DNA of 23,936 nucleotides, filler included, from an uncultured virus (IMG/VR IMGVR_UViG_2049941000_000296) (Duplodnaviria > Heunggongvirae > Uroviricota > Caudoviricetes). It is 17 parts of one record of this genome, joined end to end, with 100 filler letters (N's around TTAATTAATTAA, not from the genome) between each part and the next. Parts side by side here need not be neighbours in the genome. Positions count along the whole stretch, not along the records: positions 7,556 to 7,959 come from IMGVR_UViG_2049941000_000296; positions 8,060 to 8,445 come from IMGVR_UViG_2049941000_000296; positions 8,546 to 9,431 come from IMGVR_UViG_2049941000_000296; positions 9,532 to 11,991 come from IMGVR_UViG_2049941000_000296; positions 12,092 to 14,442 come from IMGVR_UViG_2049941000_000296; positions 14,543 to 15,844 come from IMGVR_UViG_2049941000_000296; 11 more parts are not named here. One strand, written 5' to 3'. The notes under the pieces are model-generated. The model searched no databases. It was not told the origin of the DNA and saw nothing but the letters and a program-made list of their open reading frames with translations. Below are positions 7,556 through 15,161 of this stretch, piece by piece. Positions within the stretch are counted from its first letter, which is position 1; each line of letters begins with the position of its first letter. The translations under genes were made by a program, and so were the position numbers.

Positions 7556-7959
7556 GGAAGGTTTCCGACATCAAACGGGGCACGGAACTGCGTAGCGGAA
7601 CCCGTCTTTATCTTCGGAAGTGTTTGCGGAACGGCCTGCGACACCAAGACGGAGCCGGTTATCACCGTCGAGTCGCTATGCCTCACGGCAGACCAACTGA
7701 CACTCTGCAAGGTGTAAGCCTTCGACATATCGTTGGTCTGCGTGTCCGTCCCCTCGACATTCGCGGCCACCAGCGACGCGGTGATGTTGCCCCGTTTCAG
7801 CCAGCACATCCTCTTGTCCTCAATCGTGAGACCGCTCGTCGAAATCTTGTAGACATTCTCGGCAGGTTCGACGATTGTGATGACCCTATGACCGTACCCA
7901 TCCTCGGTATTGAGACTCCACAAGGCTCTGTCATAGGTGTTCGACCAGGCGGCCTGGGC
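7556..7959 (-). CDS. Beta-rich, probably tail-associated protein fragment
   Basis: Open across the whole contig, S/T/V-rich, on the late strand. May continue the gene starting at 8419. Confidence 0.5.
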
Positions 7960-8059
7960 NNNNNNNNNNNNNNNNNNNNNNNNNNNNNNNNNNNNNNNNN
8001 NNNTTAATTAATTAANNNNNNNNNNNNNNNNNNNNNNNNNNNNNNNNNNNNNNNNNNNN

Positions 8060-8419
8060 CGGAATCGAGAGCCCGCAAGTCGCGTTCACGCCCGTAAGGC
8101 CTCGCCACCAATCGGCACTCGACTTCCATACCATTCGGTGGCTCGCCGTGTCCTCCTCCAGTTGGTCGTAGGTGTCCATTCCTGGGTGTACGACCGGCTT
8201 GTATTTCGCCCACTTGTTGATGCGATTGACCGGACGGAGGGCATAGATAGGGTTTCCTTGCCCATCCAAGACTCCGGTATCGTACCACTCTTGGTCGGAG
8301 CATAGCTGACCGAGGTCGCCAGTGCCCCTTTCGAGTACCTGCTGGAGGTCGGCGATCTCGACACCCTTGTTCGGGGTGGTGGAAGTGTCTATGTATATGC
8401 GTCCGTTCTGGTGTGCCAT
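8060..8419 (-). CDS. Tail-fibre-region protein, N-terminal part
   Basis: MAHQNGRIY...IADLQQVL...DLGQLCS...INKWAKYKPV is a motif I recognise from Bacteroidales phage tail regions. Confidence 0.65.
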
Positions 8420-8545
8420 ATTATTCGCCACTTACTTTCGTTCTCNNNNNNNNNNNNNNNNNNNNNNNNNNNNNNNNNNNNNNNNNNNNTTAATTAATTA
8501 ANNNNNNNNNNNNNNNNNNNNNNNNNNNNNNNNNNNNNNNNNNNN

Positions 8546-8737
8546 CGAACTCGTCGCCAGGGTACTCGTTGGACTGCCCGGCGTTTTCAAGTCCGCGAAC
8601 GGGGTAGTCCGTGTTCGGGAACCATTGGGAGAGGGACTCGTCCTCGGTGCGCCAGCATTCCAGCACCCACGCATCGTTCGTGGAGTCGTACTGAACGGAG
8701 TTGATGGCAAATGACCGCCCGGCACACTTGCCGGTAC
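8546..8737 (-). CDS. Baseplate hub/Tal-like tail protein, internal fragment
   Basis: TGKCAGRSFAINSVQYDSTNDAWVLECWRTEDESLSQWFPNTDYPV...PGDEF, in a different frame from the supplied 8498-9337 ORF. Confidence 0.55.
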
Positions 8738-8747
8738 NNNNNNNNNN

Positions 8748-9431
8748 AGCGCGTTTGATTCTATCCCTATCCCTTCCTTATCCGCTTTTATTGCAACATC
8801 TTGAGCGAGGGTGTTCTGTGCGTCCGTTCCCTCAATAACGCCAGTTCCGAGATTTGGGCCAGGAACATTTATGGCTGAATAAATTGCCGTTGTCATTCGT
8901 AATTGGCAATTTGCTACCGAAATCGGTACGGCGAGTTGCCTCATTAACCATTTGAAAACGACAAAGGCTTGCAACAAACACGGCAACCCTTCTTGCGTAT
9001 GAGTGCCGTCAGGCGACAGATGTCCTCTATCCCCCAAGGAATCAAGGTCAGTTGAAAGCGCCCGATATACCGCAATGCCAGGGGAAAGCATTGATTCTGC
9101 AATAGTTGTTTTTAAAATCAACTCGTTTCCTGCCTTTGTCATATTGAAAACCGATGTGGCAGATGAACGCAGCGGTGCGTGAAAAAGCGTGACGACCTTG
9201 AAGTTCTTATTGTAGTTGCTTTTTATGTACGAAAGGCAGTTGTTAAAATCCGTGCAATCCGTGTAGGTGTTCTTGTAGTTGAAATACTCTTGCAAGCAAA
9301 CAATGTCAAAAACGTAAGACGACAATATGGAAGACATCGTGACCGAGTTGTTGTAGTTGGTCCACGAGGTGTTGTTCTCACATACGCTGAATATCTCCGC
9401 CGTATTGTTGTTCGTAAACTTCGTGTATTGC
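8748..9431 (-). CDS. SGNH/GDSL-fold esterase-like domain (DUF4886-like), fragment
   Basis: FDIVCLQE, MLSPGIAVYRALST, LSPDGTHTQEG (DxxH block V). Block I (GxS) is not in view. Visibly more AT-rich than the flanks. Confidence 0.65.
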
Positions 9432-9531
9432 NNNNNNNNNNNNNNNNNNNNNNNNNNNNNNNNNNNNNNNNNNNNTTAATTAATTAANNNNNNNNNNNNN
9501 NNNNNNNNNNNNNNNNNNNNNNNNNNNNNNN

Positions 9532-9854
9532 TTCTTCACATCGGTCGGCCTTGCAGGATGCCCCTCGCGAAGATAGGCATAGAGGCTCGCCCGCGTGATG
9601 CCGGTAAGTTGGATGTAGCCGGAAAGGGCGATGGGGATGGAGACATTTCGGACTCCGGCGGCGGCGGAATCGAACACCACGGACTCCGTGAGGATGGTCT
9701 GCACGACAATCTCCGCTCCCGCAGGAACACTTTGAGTGTGGCTATACGAAACACTTTGGTAATCCGTGAAGATGGTCTGCTTGCCGTCCTCACCGGCCAA
9801 TCCGCTGTCGAACGATGCCGGGGCGGAAAGGACTTGGTCTATCCGTTGCGAGGG
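9532..9854 (-). CDS. Tail protein internal fragment (probably Tal/hub)
   Basis: Open frame PSQRIDQVLSAPASFDSG...; beta-rich; late strand. Confidence 0.5.
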
Positions 9855-9864
9855 NNNNNNNNNN

Positions 9865-10236
9865 CGATAGCCACGGATCGTAACGCGGTAGTTCTCGCTT
9901 GCATATCCCTTCTCGCTTATCGGAACATCAACCAGCACCGAGTCCACAACTTGCAGGGTGTCGCGGAGATAGGTCGTGTCGTGGACGGGGAGGTAGGCTG
10001 TCTGCCAGCGGACGATGACGGAATCCCTCGGCNNNNNNNNNNNNNNNNNNNNNNNNNNNNNNNNNNNNNNNNNNNNNNNNNNNNNNNNTGTCGCGAACCC
10101 ATTTCTCCACGATAACCGTATCGGGGCGATTTAAGGCACTTTCGTACCTTTTCCGAGTAATTGTACTACCGAGCCAAAACGATGCGACTACGGCCAAAAG
10201 AACGGCTATTAGAAGGAAGATGGACGGCTTTCTCAT
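9865..10236 (-). CDS. DUF6808-like membrane protein, N-terminal and middle parts (candidate spanin)
   Basis: TM IFLLIAVLLAVVASFWLG, then RPDTVIVEKWVRD, a gap, and PRDSVIVRWQTAYLPVHDTTYLRDTLQVVDSVLVDVPISEKGYASENYRVTIRGY. Downstream of the lysin. Confidence 0.75.
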
Positions 10237-10284
10237 TTCTTATTCAAATTCATTGGCGGTTTCTTTGAATAGCCAGACTCTTAT

Positions 10285-10404
10285 TCAAGTTTCCGTGATT
10301 GTCCAAGTGCCGGGTTCGAGGTTCATAGAACCGAAGAAATGGGCATCGGCCTCGTTCTCATACGGGCCGTAAGCCTCCTCCGTTGAAGTGATGACCCACC
10401 ACAT
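10285..10404 (-). CDS. Small hypothetical protein (39 aa; absent from ORF track)
   Basis: MWWVITSTEEAYGPYENEADAHFFGSMNLEPGTWTITET; TAATG-coupled to the lysin stop. Confidence 0.6.
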   Translation of the reverse strand: MWWVITSTEEAYGPYENEADAHFFGSMNLEPGTWTITET

Positions 10405-10862
10405 TACACAATCTCAATCGTGATGTCCTCGCCCTTCTCCCACACCGGGACGAGTTGCTTCATCAGCTCGTCGTACCTCTTGGTGGAGTTGAGTACTTTG
10501 CCGACCTTGAGGTTGTCCCCCGGGGCGCAACAGCCGAGTAACTCCGACGCGGAATTGGCGGGATGAATCCTCACGCCTGACCAACCCTTGACATCGAGGA
10601 TTTCCGGGACAAGACCGCCCCACTTCTTCGCCCACGGCCTATCCTTGAACTTGGGCGAGACGGAGAGGACAACCTTGTATGTTCCCTTTGGGATTGCAGT
10701 ACGACCGTACACCTTAATTTGGTTGATTTTCCCGGTCGGCATCGTCTGGACAAGGCCCCTGTCCTCGTCCTCTAGCGATTCGCACAACCGCTTGCCAGAC
10801 ACATAGAATACACCGATGCAGTAGCCCTTTTTCGGCCACTTGCGCCAAATCTTGAGTTTCAT
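10404..10862 (-). CDS. DUF5675-like protein, putative endolysin (YkuD/L,D-transpeptidase-like His/Cys motif)
   Basis: CESLED.DRGL, KVYGRTAIPKGTY, SPKF, GVRIHPAN......GC. Confidence 0.85.
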   Translation of the reverse strand: MKLKIWRKWPKKGYCIGVFYVSGKRLCESLEDEDRGLVQTMPTGKINQIKVYGRTAIPKGTYKVVLSVSPKFKDRPWAKKWGGLVPEILDVKGWSGVRIHPANSASELLGCCAPGDNLKVGKVLNSTKRYDELMKQLVPVWEKGEDITIEIV

Positions 10863-10986
10863 TTCTTACCTCCTTTCTTGGGTGCGAACTGGCCGTTCTT
10901 GGCCCTGGGCTGCTTGGACTTCCTGGCATCTTTCAGGATGGACTCAACCGCATCCTCCTCGCATTGGAGTTTCCGGGCGATCTCGC
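10859..10986 (-). CDS. Basic C-terminal tail of a probable holin
   Basis: EIARKLQCEEDAVESILKDARKSKQPRAKNGQFAPKKGGKK with an ATGA overlap onto the lysin. The call is positional; no TM segments are in view. Confidence 0.45.
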
Positions 10987-10996
10987 NNNNNNNNNN

Positions 10997-11465
10997 ACGC
11001 GATATGTTCGTACTCTCCTGCAATTTATTCCAGAGGTATAGCGATATGCGAAGGATCACCCCGGAGTGCTTTTCGCGGAACACTTTCACGATTACCCAGC
11101 AAAAGACCGGGAATGTCGCGGTCGTGAACATCGACAAGTTTGCCATTGATGCAAAGACCACATACCGCATCCTGGAGCGGTACGGCTACCAAGCCCCTTA
11201 CACCGGGGAGAATAACCGATACAACAGCCGACTACATATCTTGATGCGCGACATCGGTTTCACGGAGCCAGTCCGCGAGGAGGAACGGATCAACGGGAAA
11301 CTCGTCGTGACCACCGCGCCGAAATGGAAGAAGATTTCATCGCATACGGCAAGGCGGACGGCCATCACGATCGGTGTTCTCCGTGGCCACAATGTTCACG
11401 CGCTGAAACGGTGTAGCGGCCACAGCAATCTGGACACCTTCGATAGGTACATCATCGACGAGTAG
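10997..11465 (+). CDS. Tyrosine recombinase/integrase catalytic domain; 5'-truncated
   Basis: RDMF...QRYSD (R), QQKTG (K), ISSHTARR (HxxR), SGHS (H), FDRYI (Y): full catalytic set, Bacteroidota-type wording. Confidence 0.92.
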
Positions 11466-11475
11466 GATGCTCAAG

Positions 11476-11490
11476 AATGTCAAAGAACTC
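11476..11490 (-). promoter_or_regulatory. BoxA-like antitermination motif
   Basis: Minus strand GAGTTCTTTGACATT, intergenic; compare rrn boxA (TGCTCTTTAACA; GTTCTTTGA variants). Confidence 0.5.
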
Positions 11491-11499
11491 TTTTTGGAA

Positions 11500-11533
11500 G
11501 GGGTGTCGGGTTATCCTGGCACCCCTTTTTTTT
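11500..11533 (+). terminator. Intrinsic terminator of the recombinase gene
   Basis: GGGGTGTCGGG-TTAT-CCTGGCACCCC (11 bp, two G-U pairs) followed by T8. Confidence 0.88.
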
Positions 11534-11536
11534 GTT

Positions 11537-11683
11537 TCACGAAGTTACCGAGTTAGGGCCGTCTGCATACAAATGCGCGTGTTTCTTCGCCCACTCCTCG
11601 TTGATGCGCTTGGTAACGATGACTCCCGTACCGGCATCGTTGATGGAGATGTTCTTGAAATTGCCTTTTTCCTTGATGTCCAT
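11537..11683 (-). CDS. Small hypothetical protein (48 aa; absent from ORF track)
   Basis: MDIKEKGNFKNISINDAGTGVIVTKRINEEWAKKHAHLYADGPNSVTS; starts 4 nt after the upstream stop. Confidence 0.6.
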   Translation of the reverse strand: MDIKEKGNFKNISINDAGTGVIVTKRINEEWAKKHAHLYADGPNSVTS

Positions 11684-11687
11684 AGTG

Positions 11688-11991
11688 CTAATCTCCTATG
11701 ATTCCGTTATCAATAAGGAACGCGAGGGCCTCCAGGGTGATGTCCTCGGAAAAGGCCGAAATCGCGTCCATTCTTGCCGGGGCAAGGTCAATCTCCACCT
11801 CTTGCGAGAAAATGTCGCAAATCGCCTTGTTCGCGTCTTTCTCGGCCTCCAGGTAGTCAAGGTGGCCAAGCACCGGCTTGCCCTCGGCGCGGAACTTCCC
11901 GATAGCCGGTATCTCGTCCTTCCAATCGTCCTGGAACTTTCGGATGATTTCATCGCGGTCGGCCTCGGCCTGCCTCGCCTCCTTTCGGAGC
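11688..11991 (-). CDS. Helical phage protein of the type found after tail-fibre genes; 5'-truncated
   Basis: Frame is open to the gap: LRKEARQAEADRDEIIRKFQ...EVEIDLAP...ITLEALAFL. Confidence 0.6.
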
Positions 11992-12091
11992 NNNNNNNNN
12001 NNNNNNNNNNNNNNNNNNNNNNNNNNNNNNNNNNNTTAATTAATTAANNNNNNNNNNNNNNNNNNNNNNNNNNNNNNNNNNNNNNNNNNNN

Positions 12092-12375
12092 CCCGTTCCA
12101 TTAAACGAATATCCCCCATCATTCAACAGCGTCGCTCCATTGTTTACAAGTTCAAGACCATTTATAAGGTCAGTCCATTTTTCGGTTGTCGCCCCATATT
12201 TCCCATCAAAATGGATGACGAGACCGTCCGTCACATAGCCAGATGGCGGTTCTGGAGGAGTCGGTCCTGGCCCGCTACCGCTCTGGTACACGAGTTGCGC
12301 TCCGAGATATGCTTTCGCCATCTCGGTATTGCCAAGGAGGAGTTTCCCGATGCTATTTATCCCGATGTAACTCAT
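12092..12375 (-). CDS. Tail-fibre partner protein with LamG/ConA-like domain; 3'-truncated
   Basis: IGKLLLGNTEMAKAYLGAQLVY adaptor, Pro/Gly linker, then YVTDGLVIHFDG...WTDLI...FNGT. ATGA overlap with the fibre gene. Confidence 0.7.
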
Positions 12376-13349
12376 ACGGTAGCGGGGATTAAGTAAAGCG
12401 TGTCGCTATCCTTCGTCGGGAGGGCGTCGTATTCGGCTTGCGTACATATCACATACTTCGGGTACTGCGGATGCTCGTGGTTAAAGTCAACGGTCGTCAC
12501 ATCTCCTCCCGTGAAATGGAAATCCACCGTACCATCCTCGTTGCTCGTGATTTGTTCGACCCCGTAACCACCGCCGCCGCCANNNNNNNNNNCGTTGTTC
12601 CCAATCTGGTTTGTGGTAACATGGATTGCCACGTTAGTTGCATCGTACTCAATGCGGGCCGGGCCGATGTCGATGTGGCCAGTCTGCGCCAACGAGAGGT
12701 CGCCGGAGAGGTCGGCGTTCACGCCGTAGATGTTCTCCCAGCGGTAGTTCGTGCCGTTGTAACCAAGATTAACCCCAGCCGTTTCCGGATATAAGCCGTA
12801 AGTTTCGTGGAAGGTAATCTGCTTGTATGAACTATTGATGTCGGCCCCGGAACGGAGAATCATCCATCCGTTAGCGAACGACAAATATCCGGTCGTGGCG
12901 GAATTGTTTGAATCCTTGAAATTGATTTCCTTAACACCTCCGATAGTCCGCACATTCAAGTTGGAGAACCGCCTACTGGAGTAACCGAGCTGCGAGCCGA
13001 GGTCGGCGGACGGAACGATGTCCGCTCCGTCCATCACGATGCCGCCGGAGAATGTCTTTCCCCCCGTTATCGTCTGCGCACCGGAGAGTGTCACATAGGT
13101 CCCGGAAATGTCCGGGATGTCCGCAGTGGCGAGCGAGGACTTGTACGCGAGAGATCCGAGCCCCTTGACGGCGATGTTGTCGGTCGTACCTGCGGCCGTG
13201 GTCAGTTTCAAGGTCCCGTTGTTCGTTCCGCTCGCGAGGATCACGGACTGGTGCGCGGAGAGGTAGGCGGTCGTGTCGAGCGACCAGGCGTTCGTCCCGG
13301 TCCGCTTGAGGAGACCCGTGCCGGACAAGGCCTCAATCGCCTGAAGGTC
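12372..13349 (-). CDS. Tail fibre protein, C-terminal fragment(s)
   Basis: G/T/S-rich; YVTLSGAQTITGGKTF; repeated LG....RW/F.N motifs; ends CTQAEYDALPTKDSDTLYLI. 10-N gap at 12583-12592. Confidence 0.8.
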   Translation of the reverse strand, partial: DLQAIEALSGTGLLKRTGTNAWSLDTTAYLSAHQSVILASGTNNGTLKLTTAAGTTDNIAVKGLGSLAYKSSLATADIPDISGTYVTLSGAQTITGGKTFSGGIVMDGADIVPSADLGSQLGYSSRRFSNLNVRTIGGVKEINFKDSNNSATTGYLSFANGWMILRSGADINSSYKQITFHETYGLYPETAGVNLGYNGTNYRWENIYGVNADLSGDLSLAQTGHIDIGPARIEYDATNVAIHVTTNQIGNNXXXXGGGGGYGVEQITSNEDGTVDFHFTGGDVTTVDFNHEHPQYPKYVICTQAEYDALPTKDSDTLYLIPATV

Positions 13350-13895
13350 NNNNNNNNNNNNNNNNNNNNNNNNNNNNNNNNNNNNNNNNNNNNNNNNNNN
13401 NNNNNNNNNNNNNNNNNNNNNNNNNNNNNNNNNNNNNNNNNNNNNNNNNNNNNNNNNNNNNNNNNNNNNNNNNNNNNNNNNNNNNNNNNNNNNNNNNNNN
13501 NNNNNNNNNNNNNNNNNNNNNNNNNNNNNNNNNNNNNNNNNNNNNNNNNNNNNNNNNNNNNNNNNNNNNNNNNNNNNNNNNNNNNNNNNNNNNNNNNNNN
13601 NNNNNNNNNNNNNNNNNNNNNNNNNNNNNNNNNNNNNNNNNNNNNNNNNNNNNNNNNNNNNNNNNNNNNNNNNNNNNNNNNNNNNNNNNNNNNNNNNNNN
13701 NNNNNNNNNNNNNNNNNNNNNNNNNNNNNNNNNNNNNNNNNNNNNNNNNNNNNNNNNNNNNNNNNNNNNNNNNNNNNNNNNNNNNNNNNNNNNNNNNNNN
13801 NNNNNNNNNNNNNNNNNNNNNNNNNNNNNNNNNNNNNNNNNNNNNNNNNNNNNNNNNNNNNNNNNNNNNNNNNNNNNNNNNNNNNNNNNNNNNNN

Positions 13896-14172
13896 CACCT
13901 CTTGAAGGGCATTCTTGTATTGCTCAATGGCAGGGAGCAGTTTCTCAACGCCGCCGCCCAGGATGAGACCGTTCTCAATGTCGTACTTGAGCTTGTCAAG
14001 GTTCATTCCGCCGTTCTCGTCGGTGTATGCGGCAAGGAACTCGTCCCACCACCAACTGCCGTCTCTGAGCGCGTCGTAGAAATCGGTCAGGACGGTCTTG
14101 TACTTCTCCATTATCCGCGTATGTTCGCGGAGCTTGCCCATACTATCCACACCGAACACGGTTTCACGGCTT
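13896..14172 (-). CDS. Displaced tape-measure protein fragment
   Basis: Helical ETVFGVDSMGKLREH...IEQYKNALQEV reads plausibly into IASSAADKIVDSW at 15844 and is not fibre-like. Confidence 0.55.
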
Positions 14173-14204
14173 GGCGATGTTGTCGGTCGTACCTNNNNNN
14201 NNNN

Positions 14205-14442
14205 GTTTCCTGGATGTCGTAGTACTATATCCAACAGTAAACTTGCTTGTGTTCGTCCAGTTGTCAGCGGCCCCAGAGGCCAATGCGACCCCATTTGCAA
14301 ATCCTCTATCAAGGGATAGGGACATGGACACCTTCGTCGCCGAGGGCATGGAGTATGTGTATGTACTCTGCCTTTGCAAAAATGTCCACGCGGACGAGTT
14401 GCGGAAGAGGACGAACCTCCCGGATGTGTTGCTCCCATCCGA
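14205..14442 (-). CDS. Beta-rich fragment, likely continuation of the LamG-like domain
   Basis: SDGSNTSGRFVLFRNSSAWTFLQ...VSMSLSLDRGFANGVAL...FTVGY. Confidence 0.45.
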
Positions 14443-14542
14443 NNNNNNNNNNNNNNNNNNNNNNNNNNNNNNNNNNNNNNNNNNNNTTAATTAATTAANN
14501 NNNNNNNNNNNNNNNNNNNNNNNNNNNNNNNNNNNNNNNNNN

Positions 14543-14780
14543 ACGCACCGCCATAGGTGTTCGTGCGGGCTTGTTTCTTGAGCTGGGGCGCGGTATAAAT
14601 GCGGTATCTATGACCCGTCCGGGTGTAGTCCACATAACAGCCGGGAACGAGATCCACAAGGGCGGGCAAGGACACCTCCCGGAACTCCAGGAGCCCTGGC
14701 TTCATATACTGCCCCGTGAATGTGGGGGTGCCTTCGTAAAGGGCAACCCCGGCGGGGGAATATATCGTGAACCTTGCCAT
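14543..14780 (-). CDS. Baseplate hub/Tal-like tail protein, N-terminus
   Basis: MARFTIYSPAG...FTGQYMKPG...GCYVDY...PQLKKQAR; synteny TMP-Dit-Tal. Confidence 0.65.
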
Positions 14781-14783
14781 ACC

Positions 14784-15083
14784 TTATGCCGTGACAATCT
14801 TGTTGTTTTGCAGTTTCATCTGCGTTACGGGGTCGTTCACTTTGAACTCCACCGTGAAGATGACCCTCGCATACTCCGTCCGCACACGCGTATTGGGATT
14901 CGTGATGTAGAACGCATCGAAGTTGCCGTCCGACGGCATCGGGAACTGCGACAGGCGAACATTCTGGAACCCGTATCCGGTCCACGAATCGTACACCTTG
15001 AACTCTCCCGCGAGGGCGTTCTGGAACGCAAGCACACCGGCCTTGAGGTCGGCGCGNNNNNNNNNNGGCGGAACATACAACAT
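14784..15083 (-). CDS. Distal tail (Dit-like) protein (gapped)
   Basis: FKVYDSWTGYGFQNVRL...FTVEFKVNDPVT; directly follows the tape measure gene. Confidence 0.65.
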   Translation of the reverse strand: MLYVPXXXXRADLKAGVLAFQNALAGEFKVYDSWTGYGFQNVRLSQFPMPSDGNFDAFYITNPNTRVRTEYARVIFTVEFKVNDPVTQMKLQNNKIVTA

Positions 15084-15133
15084 TTCGTGTGCAAGTTACG
15101 ATGAAAAATCAATAAATCGTACTATTTTGCGGT

Positions 15134-15161
15134 ATTTAACGGAATTTTACTTCCGTTAAAT
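15134..15161. repeat. Perfect 11-6-11 inverted repeat, dif/tyrosine-recombinase-site-like
   Basis: ATTTAACGGAA-TTTTAC-TTCCGTTAAAT between TMP and Dit. The repeat is directly visible; its function is inferred. Confidence 0.6.

Noticed and set aside
13170..14194. 22-nt repeat as a DGR template/variable pair or att core
   Set aside because: Too short, no adenine-specific mismatches, no reverse transcriptase in view, and it lies at a contig end.
12372..14438. 688-aa ORF as a single giant tail fibre
   Set aside because: It is a chimera across N-runs of fibre, tape-measure and an off-frame fragment.
15091..15130. Firm promoter calls at TAACTTGC (-) and TATTTTGC (+)
   Set aside because: Each is one T short of TAnnTTTG, and I did not find a convincing -33 box. 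Possible but unsupported.
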